A stretch of 64,000 nucleotides of DNA from Lama guanicoe (GCA_013239625.1 MU053574.1:309844-373843); one strand, 5' to 3'. Positions 12,103 to 25,964 are shown, numbered from the stretch's first letter. Notes: generated from the letters alone by a model not told the origin. A program made the numbers and translations.

Positions 12103-15100
12103 GAATCCTCATTCTTTTTAGTTGCCACGTAATAGTCTTGCCTGAGACGAGACAGTAACTGATTTGGCCAGGTCCTTATTGAAGAGAATTTAGATTGGGT
12201 TCCTTCTTTCATTTTGCAAACAGGCTCTGTCTATCCACGGGACTGTGTCTACAGATGAAAATACTAGACATGGAATTACTGGAATGTAGTTGGGTTTTTA
12301 TTTTCAGTGGGCACCACAAAGCGCCCAAGAGCTCCTGGTTCTGCTGGGAGGGTCCCTGTGACCCAACGAGGTGTGCGCTTGGGAGACAGCTGGAACATCC
12401 AAGGAACAAAGTCTTCACTTACAGAGGTTTGGGGACGCCACGCTGCAGGATTCCAGAGGACACTCAGGCAGCAATGTGGGTTCCTGGGGCTACCCAAGTT
12501 TGTGACACAGTTCACTTGAATTACCATGCACATGCTCAAGCTATGGAAATGTTTGCCATCAGGGAACTGAAGTTTTAGGGAGCATGTGTGTTTTTCTTGT
12601 GATTGATAAATTGATTTAAAATATGCCTGAATGTTTTGTTTCAAGAATGGTTGTATTGCCCACAGCAGTTACATTCTGACTTAGAGTATTTAAGTAATGA
12701 GAATTATTCCAATTTTTAGTGCCTTGAGCCTCTAGCCACAACTGAAATGCGACAGGCTCATGAACATAAAGGCCAGTCACGAAAGAAGAGGTTCTCATGA
12801 GGCAGATGCTGCCTCCTGGATAAGCCTCAGCACCCCAGCCAAGTGCAGAGCATGGGGGCTGACCGGCAATTGGGGTGGGTCCCAGGCACCCAGCCTTCGG
12901 GGAGACAAGGCCCTGGAAGCTCTGCCCGTAGCTCAGGCTGCCTGTCCTGGTGCCTGGGACAGTCCATCCTCTGTGAGAACAGCTGTGCACCTGGGAAGAG
13001 CACGGACATGGGGCTCCAACTGGAAGCAGACTGCTCGGTTCCCCTGGGGACCGACTGCTGGCCGGCGTTGCCAGGACATTTTCTAGAAGTGGTAGGTTTC
13101 GTGTTAACGGCATGAGCCTTGGAGTCAAAGAAAGACCTGAATTTGAATCGGTGGCAGCTGACATTTAGTGAGCACGTGCTGTGTGCCGGCACAGGGAGCA
13201 GGTCGGACAGGCCAGCTTGCCCTCTATTTGGGAGCCTGCTCTGGACGGGAGGAGGGCATGGGTGGGGTGATTATCCCGAGCTGCATGGGGGGCAGTCGGG
13301 GCAGGGTGAAGGCCCGGAGACAGGACCCGCCACGCTTCTTTCTAGTCACTTCACCTTTCAGAGCCTCAGTTTCTTCATTTGCAAAGTGAAATGGATAGTT
13401 CACGCGATGTAAAGTGGCTCCAGGTTCAGGGGCAGGGGAGGCGAAGGTGAAGGGCGCACTGTGGCAGGCAGCACCCCGGGGCCGGCTGGGGGAACTGTTC
13501 CTTGTGTGTTTCCACAGGACTGACCCCAAGGTCCCCAGGCAGGTGAGCTCCTTCGAGGGAGGAGCAGTCTTTTTGTCTCAGCTGTCTTTTTCACTCACCC
13601 TGAGATGCTGGCCCTCCTTTCCCAGGGACGGGTGGGTTGGAGGCGCCTGGTTGGTGGAATGAGGGTGGAAGTGTGTCCTTCTGACCTTTGCCCTTTGCTC
13701 CCAAATCCTCCAGCCCTGCCAGTGAGCTATGGAACCGTCCCTGCCGCTGATGGCGGTTGGCACCAGTCCCACGGGGCTGCTTCCGGATTGACACGTCAGC
13801 CACTTCGGCTGCCCCTGGACAGACGCGTTGAGCTGTCTTCTGCCGGGCGCCCGTGGCGAGCGTGTGGCCTAATAGAGACAAATGCGGCACCAAACTGGAA
13901 TTTGATGGATGTGAAATTATGTATTTAATTCATAGTTGGTATAGAGTGCTCATAAAGTCTTGATCATGATAGAGAGGCTAATAAATGTTTGAGAACATAA
14001 ATATTTGGGGGAGGAAATGGCTTTGTGAAACATTTAGTCGTGGAGTAGCTGGAAGAACAGAGAAAATCGGCCAGGCGGAACTCTCTAGATACCAATCTGC
14101 TGAGTTGTATATGTAGGGTCGGTAATGATCTTGAGTGAGCCATTTTATGGGTGTGCAGACGTTAATTTGATGAACACAGACATGTGCAGTGTCTCACATC
14201 ACGCCTCAAGCTGTTTGCCCAACAGATATCTGAACCGATGGGCAGAGGTGCAGGTGGCTGGGGAAGGGGTCCCATTGGCCTATGGAGCGCTTACCAGACA
14301 CCAGCAGGTGCTCAGAACTGCTTCCCCGGGAGGCCCACCGGGTGTGCACCTGTGCAGGGGAAGCTGATGGGGAAAGTGCCCTGAACCCCTGCCCTGCGGC
14401 GGCCCCTGAGGCTGGACAGAGCAATCCGTGTGGCAGTCAGGCCAGAGTGCCCAGGTTCAAATCCTGCTCTGCCATTTACTGGCCACGGACCCTGTGCAGG
14501 TCCCTCACCTCCTCTGTAAAGCGGGCATGATGATAATGGTACCTGCTTCCGGGGTCTCGTGAGAATAAATTAGGCGATACATGTTCAGTACATAAGAAAG
14601 CACGTTTTCACTCCAAAGAGTGAGGTCATCTGCTGCCCTCTGGCTCGGCTGGAAGGATGCCGGGGGTCCTGGCAGCAGAGCGAGGGAGGTTCTGGTGGGA
14701 GGGTGGGTCGGGTTTGGTTTGCGGCTTGGAATGTGGCCCTGGTAGCTGATCCCCGCCCACACCTGCCCCCACAGGGCGAGACATAGTTCGTGGTTGGTGG
14801 AGAGGTGGGTCGAGAGGAATTTATTACCAAGAACAGTGAAAGTTTTAAAATACGTAAATGATTTACTTAACAGACGCTTTCACAAGTTTCAGGCACCCCT
14901 GCCCTGCTCCCGAGCGGAGCGCCACAGCCCGGCGCCCTCTGCCCGAACAGCGTCCTTTCCGTAAACGCGGCGGAGGGCAAGTGGCTTGAGGACCGCCCTC
15001 CGCGCTGTCTCTTTACTGTCTGCGAGCTTCTTTTCGGGAGGACGGTTCTCTGCGCGCAAGGGAGCTGCTGTTTCGGTATTTCCTGTGGGAGAGAAACAAA

Positions 15101-17427
15101 GGGAAGCAGAATTTAGGTGGACAGGAGTCTGGACAAAAAGAACCTTGGTAGTGTCTGTAAAGGCGGCAATAAGAGGGAAAAACAAAGGAGGCTGAAGGAT
15201 AAATCTCCTTCCTTGCAAATCTTTGAGAATTAGAGACGGTCATTCTACCTGCAGAATTGGGGGGCTTTGGGGTTCTCTTTGGCCCTGGGGTGCAGTTCTG
15301 CAGTTGCTACCCGGCCTGCTGACTCTGGAGCTGGTGGTCATGGATCTCGGCAAACGGAAAGGTCATTGGTTTCTTCCACAAACCCTGGTTCAGCCCCTAG
15401 GACGAGCGTCACGTGCACACCGTGCGGGCTCCGGGGATGCAGAGTGAGTGAGACGTGGTCCTGCCCTCCACGGCTCCCTCCCTCAGAGGTCTGCCTTTCA
15501 GAAGGGGACTCGGGGGTGCTCGACCCGCAGCAGTCTCTCCTGGGGGGTTCTTGGGGTGCAGGGCAGGGCACTCAGTGCTGGAAAGACACCCTCACAGGGA
15601 AACCGCTGGGGGGATACCAAGGACACGTGGCCTGCCGGGTCCCCTGACACGTGGGAAGTACGAAGGCCTGTTAAATATTTCAGACAAGTTATAAGCCAAA
15701 CATCCTGACGTGACAGTGAGTCCTGCCAGCAGAGCGGAGGGAAGATGCTGATAAAAATACCAGCGAGGACGGCTGCTCAGGTCAGCGGTCATGTTCTGGC
15801 CGCAAGGCCTTTTTCTAGAGGTGCTCGGAGAAAAGCGGAATCAAATGGGAAAAGTGGGGGCCTTCTGTGAGACGGGCTCGGCCAGGGGGCGGGAGCAGGG
15901 GGGCTGCCTTTTGCAGAGGCGTCCCTTGGTGGACGGGCCCCAGGACGAGCCAGCAGCCACAGATGTGCTATTGAAAAGGGGGAGGGGCTTCTGATAACAC
16001 CCCACGTCCGCTCAGGGAGGCCTGGGGGCTCGATGCTCTTCCCTCATTTGCCTGCTCACCAGTCATCATCCTGGCTCACTGGTGATGCTGTGACAGTGTC
16101 ACAGGCTGGTGTCACCTTGGGCTCCCTCCGCAGTGAGCAGATTCGCTCCATCATCGTCCCTGGTTGCAGCCGCGGTCCTGCTTAAAGATAATGAAATGCA
16201 AATAGCCACCTGTGTCCTGAACCCACATACATCTTTGTGTCTGCGTGGCCGAGGCACTTAGAAACATCAGAGAGAGCAATCCTCTCCTCGCCTCCTCTCT
16301 CTTGACCTCGCGCGTTCCCTGTAGAGACTCTGGGCGTTGGCATCTGTGCTTCCTCCTTCCTCGGAGTTGGTGCTGAGCTGAGCGGATTCTCGGGGTCTGC
16401 CTGCGGCCAGTGCCTTACAGAGAGGCCCTGTGGGGCGTTGGCGAAGGGCCGGCCCCTTCTTAGCTGCGCTAAGGCCGGTTATTTCTCTTCCAGGCCCCTT
16501 TTCCACATCGGAAAGTGGAGGTGATAATAGTGTTTAATTCAGAGTTGGCAGGACACCTCTGTGCATGCCGCCTGCTGTCCCCATTGTCACCTTAGTGCCA
16601 CTCCAAGAGGCTGCAGGAATGAGTTGTGAGAATACTTACCTCCTGTGGTCGTGAACGCAGGGGCCCCACCCCATGAAGGTGCCCTTGCCACCCCAGCAGG
16701 CAGGGAGGACCTGCCATCCAGGGCCACCCCAGGGAGGATGACTGCCAGTCCTCCACAAGGACACTAGCATGTCCGGGAGCTGCAGCTGGCCCTTCCCTAC
16801 CAGGGATGTGCACACCTGGGGAGAATCCGGGACGGCTTCAGCCCCTCCCCTCCATGAGCTCCCAGCCAGCGTCTAAGCAGTGTGAGACTCTGCAGCGCAT
16901 CCTAGGAAACACTTCTAACCAGGCCGCGGCCCCAAGTCCTTCCCAGATAAAAATCCCGGGGCCCCGCCCTGGGGCCGGGCAGAGGGCCAGTGCCTGCTGT
17001 CCTGCAGGGCCAGGATCACCCGCCGGCGGGCGTCTGGACAACGGAGGGGCAAGATGAAGACTGGCAGGGACAAGGACGTGGACGCTGACTGGGGTGTGGC
17101 TTTGGCAGGTGACTTTACCAATCTGAACGTCCAACTCCTCATGACTAGAAGAGGCAGAGAGCAGCGTTGGCCCCTTTCTCGTGGGAACGCTGTGTGAGTC
17201 CCTGGTGAGTGTGCTCGGCCCGAGTCCAGTTGGGCAGCTACTTCTATTAATAAGGGGTGGATTTGTCCACCCCACAGGTATTTACAGCAGGCAGTTCTTT
17301 GCCAGGCTCTGTCCCAGATGCCAGGACCACAGCTGTGAACAAAACTTTCTCATGGGAAGAGACAGACAATACACATGCAAGCAGAGGAGAAGTATCTGCG
17401 GAGGCAATGTGCTCGGTGGGGAATTAA

Positions 17428-18267
17428 AACTACGGTGAGGTATCACCTCACACCAGTCAGAATGGCCGTCATTCAAAAGTCCACAAATGACAAATGACAA
17501 ATGCTGGAGAGGCCGTGGAGAAAAGGGAACCCTCCTGCACTGCTGGTGGGAATGCAGGTTGGTGCAGCCACTGTGGAAAATAGTATGGAGACTCCTCAAA
17601 AGACTAGGAATAGACTTCCCATAAATGACCCAGGAATCCTGCTCCTGGGCATATATCCAGAAGGAACCCTACTTCAGGATGACACCTGCACCCCAATGTT
17701 CATAGCAGCACTATTTACAATAGCCAAGACATGGAAACAGCCTAAATGTCCATCAACAGATGACTGGATAAAGAAGAGGTGGTATATTTATACGATGGAA
17801 TACTACTCAGCCATAAAAAACCAACAACATGACGCCATTTGCAGCAACTTGGATGTTCCCGGAACGGAGAATGTTAAGTGAAGTAAGCCAGCAAGAGAAA
17901 GAAAAATACCATATGAGTTTGCTCATATGTGAAATCTAAAAAAAAGAACATAAATACAAAACAGAAACAGACCCATAGACATAAAATACAAACTTGTGGT
18001 TGCCAAGGGACCGGGGGGTGGGAAGGGACAGACTGGGATTTCAAAATTTGTAGTTACTGACAGACAAATGCAGAATAGATAAACAAGATTATACTGTATA
18101 GCACAGGGAAATATATACAAGATCTCGTGGTAGCTCACAGCGAAAAAGAATGTGACAGTGAATATATGTATGTTCGTGTATAACTGAAAAATTGTGCTCT
18201 ACACTGGAATTTGACACAACATTGTGAAATGACTATGACTCAATAAAAAAATGTAAAAATAAAAAAA
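17428..18267 (+). mobile_element. 5'-truncated L1 (ORF2 C-terminus + 3' UTR + poly A), nested in an L2
   Basis: ORF 17501-17881 contains the L1 ORF2p C-terminal motif [45 protein letters not shown]1 3' UTR and A-tail follow; L2-like sequence flanks both sides. Confidence 0.93.
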
Positions 18268-20519
18268 TGCCACAGGGCGGTGGGGAAGGGCGAGGTGGCA
18301 GGTTGGATGGGCAGAGAAGGCGCCTCTGAGAAGGGGTTGTTTAAGCTAGGATTTCAATGAAAAGATGGAGCCAGCTGCCGGGGGGTTGGGAGGAAGTCAC
18401 CCAGGCTTGGGCGGGAAGGAGTCAGGTAGGTTTCAGGGCAGCTCACCTGGAGGTGGGGTTGGGTGGGGGCAGCAGGGAGGCTGTGACAGCTCGGGATGAA
18501 GACCTGGTGGGACCCGGCGCCTCCGTCAGCCAGGGCGGGGCTGGGGAGGCCCCTCCAGGAGCTGGTCGGAGACCCTGGGGGCGGGGGCGGGTATTCTGTG
18601 TATTTCGAACATTTTATTACACAGGGAATCCATTTGTTGTAGAACAGCTAGAAAACGTAGCGAAGTAAAAATTTCCCAATACCCAGAGATAATCAAGGTT
18701 AACATGTTAGTATAGCGTGTATATTCTGACATTTTCAGGGCTGCTCTACAAAAACAGGTTTTTAACTATAACTGTATCACATCCCTTTTTTTGCACTTAA
18801 TATGTTGTGCATCCATGTTCACAAACACCTCGCCAGCCCTGCATAGACACAAGATTATTGCAGAGTGACTGCCAGCCCTCCACAAGGACACTAGCATGTC
18901 CTGGAGCCACAGCGGGCCCTTCCCTACCAAGGATGGACTTGAATAGTAGCTTTAATTCACAGGCGACTATTGAAACCCAGAAGTTTTAAGTAGCAGGCCT
19001 GGGTCCCCAGCCAAGGACATGGAAAAGCATCATCTAGCAACTCAGGTGTCACCCCCTAGGTGATAGGTAGGTAGGTTCACTTAAGTTTAACCCAGGAGCG
19101 CAGCCAGATAAACAGTTTAACCCTGGGTCTCTTCTCGGTAGGCAGTTAGGGGCATCTCGTCCGGGGACCGCCGAGCTGCAGGGCTGGGCTTGGAGCGAGC
19201 CCTCCCAGGGCAAGCGTCCTTTAACCCCCAAATTGAGCTTTCCTCCAGTTGTGATCAACCAAGCCCCGGGTGCAGTTCGTACCTACCTTCCATGAGTCAC
19301 CGTCTCTGGGTGCTCCTCTGAAGTTGGGTGCAGATTCAGGAGGGGACGGGCCTGAGGGAGCCCCTCTCTTCAGCTGCCCGCGTGGGGTAGGACTGTGTCG
19401 TGGCGGGATTCTCCAGGTGGAGACTATGTGACGTTGTAGAATCTGAACCTGGGTCTCTGCTAGCCCACAGGTAAGAGCGTCCTATCATGGTTAGACATTT
19501 GAGAAGAAAGAGAAAGTGGCCTTCTGGGAATGGAAGCTCAGAGGGGATTTCCCGGAGTTGGAATGTTCTGGAGAGTCCTTTGATTTGTGCCAGCAATGCC
19601 GTGGAGGTGTGCCTCCTGTTGGGTCTCTGTGGCCTCTGCTCTGGAAAGACGCGTGGAGGAGATGAAGCTGGTGGAGGCCGGACAGGGCTGTGGGAGGACG
19701 CAGCGGAGAGGCTGCTCGGCGGCACATGTGGGGGCTGAGGTCCTGGCCTGTAAGGGCCCCCCGGCAGGGCCTGGGCCTCCCCCAGAAGCTTGCATACAGC
19801 AGGAACTCAGTAGCAGTGAGCTGAGTGTCCAGCAGAGGAAGACAGGGGAAGTGGTGGAGGAAATAAAAAGCACACGCGATGCCGATGCCCCAGACCCGGC
19901 GTGGTGGCCGTCGCAGGTGCGCGTCCCTGTGGCTTGTGGCTGTGACCCCCTCAACTCGTTCTTCCAACTGCCCTCGGCTCCAACCCACCCTTCCAAAGCC
20001 TCCCTCCCTTCTGAGGACGGGATTCTCGAGGGGACATAATTGAGTCCACAGACATATATTGAGCACCCACTGGATACCGGGCACTGTTTCGGGGGCTGAC
20101 AGTGGGGCAGTGAACAGCCCAGACACACCTGTGCCTTCAGCGGCGGACAGGAAACACAAGCAGATCCCCTCTGTGGAGTCTCCCGGGGAGGGGGCTTCAA
20201 GGAGGACAGAGCGAGAGGTGTGAGAGGACAGGGTGCTGCTCACCGCTGGGGCCCGGGGGGCGGACATCTCGGCGGAGTTCTGAGCCAACTGACGGGGTGG
20301 CCCTGTGGCCGCTGGGAGACCAAGGGCAGGGGCCCCCTGAGCAGAGGGTGTGTTCCTGACAGCAGGGAGGCCGTGTGGCCGGGAGTGAGGGGTGAGGGGC
20401 AGTGGAGGGGATGGGTCTGTGAGCAGCTAACACCAGGCGTGTGTAAACGTTCAGCCGGTCCAGTGTAACAGATCGTCTAAAGGGGACAACGTGTAGACAC
20501 GGACTTGGTGGAATTATGG

Positions 20520-20670
20520 CTCTTGGATCAGATGGACCTGGTTGGAATCTAGCTCTGCCCTTGACCGCTTCGTGGCCTCGGGCAAGTTCCTTCCTCCCTG
20601 GGAGCCTCCGTTTTCTCATCTGTAAAATGGGGCTGATCTTAGAACCACTTTTGAAGGTGGTTGAGGAAGA
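20520..20670 (+). mobile_element. MIR SINE
   Basis: ctagctctgcc...gtggcctcgggcaagttccttcc...ttttctcatctgtaaaatgggg. Confidence 0.75.
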
Positions 20671-22091
20671 GACCCCAGAAACACGATGCTGAGTGACGGA
20701 AGGCAGTCACAGAAGGTCACATGCTGTATGATGTCACTTGTATGACATGTCCAGACCAGGTAAACCCACAGAGACAGAAAGCAGACTCAGAGAGGCCAGA
20801 GAGGCTCTGTGGCCCAATGGTTACAGCTCAGTCCGGGATGTCCGACTGTCTGAACTCAAAACGTCTGCTTTTCCTAAGGATGTGACCTTGGGAGATTCAC
20901 TGCTTTGAGCCCCAGCTCCCAGACCCATCCAGTGGGGCATAATAACTGTACTTATGTCGTACAGGGAGAGAGTCCATGGATAACGTTCAGTCTGTAACAT
21001 GCGTAACCCTCAGCAAATACGGTAAATGTTAGCTGATCAACAACGGCCATTTCACTGGAAAATTCTTCACTTAAGACATGAGGGTGAACTTCACCCGCCG
21101 GTTCCGAACCACAGGGATCAAACACCTTGCGCCTCTCATCCCTCGGCTGGTGGCCACCTGGTCTTTTCATACTACATCTTAATCTTTCGATAGCCTGACC
21201 GCCCCCAAGTGCCAGGGACGGGAAGTCTGCATTCGCATGTACGTAAAACGTACCTCGTAAGCTTTGTGAGCGCAGGAACGTGTCTGGCTTATTCATCCTG
21301 AGCTCCCTGGGACCCGGGACCGGAGGTGACTAGCACACAGGAGGCACTGCATCAGTATTTGTTGAATGAATGAACATAAGTTGCTTTTCCTAAACCAGAG
21401 GCGTTAGTCTGCACTGCGCTAGTTACACTTGCCAATCACCTGGCTGCCCTTGCACCTGGGCCCGTGGGCGGCGCGCTGAGCGGTGGGGTCTGCACACGGG
21501 ATCATTGCACTGTGTGCACCCCTGGGTGGCCACCGTCTGCTGTGTCCTGTCTCCGGTCAGCCCACTCGCGTGAGTTGCCTGCTGACTCCGTGATGCCGTC
21601 AGGGGCTCGGGCTGGCGCTCGGACACAGTAAACTCCGATCCTGCGCGCTGTGTGATCTGCACGGGAGAGTCTCGTCCACTCCTCTGTGTTATCACCATTA
21701 TGCTGGCCCTGTAGCTTCAAATCGACGGTATTTCTTTTTAAAAATTAGCCTTTCCTTGTGATTTTATAATCAGCATTTTTCCTAGTTGTACAAAGAATAC
21801 AGTCTCATTGTAAAAAGAAAAAGGCAGACGTGTGTGAAGTCCCCCCCCCACAGTAATCACTGTGGCTAGTCTGGGGCACACCCTTCCAGCTTTACTTCTC
21901 TCGTTAGACATAAGCAGGTTCATCTAATACGTGTATTGTGAAACTTTTCGTTTTAAGATTGTGTCGTGGCCTTCTTTCTTTTAAAAGCTGCAGAATCTGG
22001 GGATGCCACAAGTGGCCAAGCCCCCCCGTTTGTGGACGTTTGTGTCGTGTCCTGTTTTTTGCTATTACGAGTAACTCGGCAGTGGGACGTT

Positions 22092-22262
22092 TTCTTCTTT
22101 CTACTGAAGTGTGTCAGTTTGCAATGTTGTGTCAATTTCTGGCGCGCAGCACCATGTTTCAGTCTTCTATGCACAGACATATTTTCCTTTTCATATTCTT
22201 TTTCATTATAGGTTCCTACAAGACACTGAATACAGTGTCTGTGCTGCGCAGTAGGACCTCGG
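22092..22262 (-). mobile_element. L1 3' end fragment
   Basis: actgaagtgtgtcagtttgcaatgttgtgtcaatttctgg...tattctttttcattataggtt...gtaggacctc, homologous to the other L1 3' ends. Confidence 0.85.
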
Positions 22263-25200
22263 TTAGGCAGTGGGAAGTCTTGCGCATTTATTTTTGCACC
22301 TTGTACAACTGTTTTCTTGGAAGCAACTCCTGAGCCGAGTTGGTGGACTCCCCAGGCCTCAGTTTCCCTGTTTTTGCGTTGAGGATACTAATGTTTACCT
22401 TGCAAGATGATATAAGGTCATGTCTGTAAAATATGTAGGCCGGTTGGGTGCCCAGGGTAAGCATTTGATTCTTTGGTTTTATTTTAAACCCGAATGCATT
22501 AAACCCAGCAGATCGACCCAGTGCTACTTAAGCTCTGGTCGCAAAGAGAGAGTTCAGGCCGAGTGTGGAGAAAGGGTGTGAGCACTGATCCGCGAATGCA
22601 GCTTCCGGCCACCGGCCGGTCCCTCCTCCCAGCTCTGGGTGCGAAAGTGGGAGCAAAGGAAACTTCCTTAGGCATCCACGGGCAGGGGTAGGGAGCTGAA
22701 GATACGAACCGCAGGGTTTTAAAATCGTTTCTTTGGGGGTGGGTGTGTCAGATGTGCACGTGTGTTCAGCTCATGTGAAGTCCAGACTTAGGAGCCAGGG
22801 AGAACAGAGCCGTCTCAGGGGACGGCCGGTCCTGTCAGATGGGCTAGGAGACCAGCAGACCCTGGAGGCAGGGCTCTGACGGTCTGGGAGGCGTCGGGGG
22901 TGAACGGGGTTTGTCGGGATGAAGGCGGTGTCTCTCAGCACCAGACCCTCCTGTTGGCCGCGTTCCCTCCTCATCCTGCAGCCCCAGAAGTGGGCACACG
23001 CGTGCTCTCCCCTGAGCATCAGGCTCGTCTTGCTCTTCTCTGCAGTCTCCTTCCAAGCACACAGCAGCATGCTGATGACAGAGCTTCACGATGGGTCCAA
23101 GTTTGGCCCTAACTGCGAATAATGAAGCCCCGAGCGGCCACCTTGTGCGGATGGTGAACTGCCCCGGGGGACACTGGGCCCTCTGGGTGACCCGAGGGAC
23201 CCCTGCCTGCACTCTGGACACGGGCACGGTGGGAACAATCTGGGAGCCACGGATTTCCCCTTCCTCCTCCTCCACAGAAAGAGGGGTCAGAGGCCCAGCG
23301 TTGTCCCTGCAAGGAAGCCAGCGTCCAGAATTGTTAGTAAAACAAAAGGCGATCGTCTGCCGAGCCCTTTTAATCACCTAATGGCGGGGACACCCGACGC
23401 CCCAGCTCAGGTTTCCGGAGCTCTGGCCGCTGTAACTACAGCCACGTTTGGCCCGGCTTCTCCACATTACAGCCGCGACAGGGACGCACACAATTGAAGT
23501 ATTTGAGAACAATGAAATATGCATGGCTATCGGTGACAGCCCCATAAAGTGCGGCAATTAGCCGCGTAATCCGAGAGAGGGAGCCGGCCCCGGCAGCCCG
23601 TGGCTCCCCATTAGTAAAATGCATTTTGTACGTCCTCATCCCATCAAATCAACTAACACTTCCTTTAATTGGTTCATGAATTATACAGCCGCCCCACATT
23701 ATAATTTAATCGCCTGTAAACATTCATAGGGCCCCACTGTAAAGCGGCTCGCGCTCATTAATTCGTTAATTTCAGCAGATGGAAGGGGAGATCGGATGAA
23801 CGGTGGCAGAACAGAGCGCCTTGGGCAATGGAAGAAGGGAAAAAAGGTGGGGGGCCGTTTAGGTTTTTTCAGGGCTGTCAGAAACTCAATCTGTGAGCTG
23901 TCAGCAGCCCGGACCCGTCCCCCACCCCCGCCACTCCACCGGCTGCGGGAAGTGACTGGCGGATTCATACGGAGGCTTGTCAACCGTCTTTAAACATCAA
24001 GCCAGCGGGTAAACCGAGCCCAGTGTAAATTAATTCTTGTCTTACGGGCCCCCCTTTCTCTGTCCCCATGAATTTTTCATGGCGGGCAGCATAAATATTA
24101 ATTCTAATAGCTCTGCACAGTGGTTATTATTTCTGTTTTATGACAAATATTCATAAAATATTCAGGACCCTTTTTTAGAACATTTACACACTTGATTGTG
24201 AATTTTCCCAGTTTCCGGGGACACTGTAAGCATATTGGGGTTCTCTTGATGGACTTTTCCCCCTTAATTAATACCGCTGGTTGTTAATATTTAATCAGAT
24301 TTAGCTTTTTCGAGAAGGAAAACCTATTAGATCAGAGGCCCGAAGGGCACTTTTCTCCTTCAGTCTGTAAAATGGGAGAGTCTGTTTCTCTGTGACACCT
24401 GGGTAATCTGACAAAGGATGACCTCCCTGCCTTTTTATCTTGAAAACAGTATCTGTCTTTCCTGCCCGTGTCTGTTTCCCTCTTACGTTTTAACCGAGAG
24501 CTCTGGCGACAGCCCACCTCACTGTAATGAAATTCTTCGAAGATGCCATTGCAATATTTATGCAAGGATTTAACATAATTTTGGAGTAATTAAAGTGTGG
24601 GTTTAACAAACACAGTGGCGGATTCCTTAGGCAAGACAGCTGTGACTGGGGATGAAGGCTCTTTTGGAATCCATGTTATTTATCTTTAACTCTGAGAGGC
24701 AGCTGTGCATGGCATCCCCAGGGAGACAAACTGAGCAGAGGGTGCCAGCCCCAGGGAGCCGGTGGCTCTCAGGTGATGGAGGACACAGGTGAGGTGGTGG
24801 CCTTGGCCCGAACGAGTCTGAGGTGTGGGGTCCGGTGAGCCTGAAGGCTGGGATGCCTAAGTGGTGCCGACCTCACCCCACGCTGCCCTCCTACATCCTT
24901 TCAGTGTTCTTTTTCCATCCCCTGATTCTCACCAGCTGCTTCAGGAAGGTTCTAACGACTGCAGGGAACAAGTGATACTGTTTATGTGCAGGAAGCTAGC
25001 AAAAACAGTGACCTAGAGGCAGCCGGACCTGGAGCCCAGTCTGGAGACACCACCCAGCCTCTCGGGAGCCTGTTTTCACCCTTGAGACGGGCAGGCTCAC
25101 AGGACCTTCATGGGTTAAGTGGGACAACACATGCGTGTAACAGGCGTATTAGCACAGGCGCCTGGTGCGTAGTATGTAACCGTTTGCAACAATGGTGATG

Positions 25201-25964
25201 GTGATGGTGGTGGTGATTAAAGAGGGACAAAGGATTAAAGTTGAAGCCAAAAAAGTAAAATGCTTTTAGACAGGGAGATTCATGGAGGAAAACTCCAGCT
25301 GTGGAAAGGGTTAAAGCCGTGGCTTCTCGGCAGCACCCTATAAAAGAGTATCTCGTGGCAAAGTCAAGAGTGGAGGTTCTGACGGCAGGAGGAGAAAGCA
25401 CGTGGCTGGGACCTGCTCTGGTGGCTCTTCACTGGGTGCATCATCATGTGGCATTTGTCGCTGAGGGAGACTGGCTTTAGAAAGGAAACCTCGAAATTCA
25501 TTCACCTCCCCTCCGTCGGCTCCCCGTTTTCTGGGATGAGTGACAAGGACATGCACTTTTTTCCCCAGCAGCCCAAGGGTCCAGATCTTGCACACCCTAC
25601 TCTCTGGTCCTTGAAGCAAATTTCTGCTTGTACAGCAGTGCCGGGGGTGGGGGGTGCACGTGGTAGCAGGGCGGCCGAGAGGAAGGCACATGGCGGGGCC
25701 CTCCTTGGCAGAGCAGACGCCCTATTTCCTGCCTCAAATCCTTCCAGCTGATCTGCTTAAAGTGGAGGGAGAGGGCTCTGACGCCGGCTTCCTCTGTGGC
25801 AGCTCACGCTGAGCCCCGAGTTCGGGCTTGGGGTTTGGGGTTTGCGCTGAGCAGCAGATGCCACGACCTCCCCCTCCCTCCTTCCTTCCCCGTCCTCTCA
25901 ACGGTTTCATGATGGAGAGCCATGCTCTACCGCACAGACGTGGGAGCCGGCTGCCTGGGTTTGG

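Noticed and set aside
19491..20288. 265-aa minus ORF and overlapping long ORFs
   Set aside because: GC-rich intronic DNA partly made of L2 remnant; no recognisable domain; long ORFs in several frames are expected by chance.
25195..25217. Poly-His in a minus-strand ORF
   Set aside because: Simple (TGG/TGA) repeat at the end of a MIR-like fragment.
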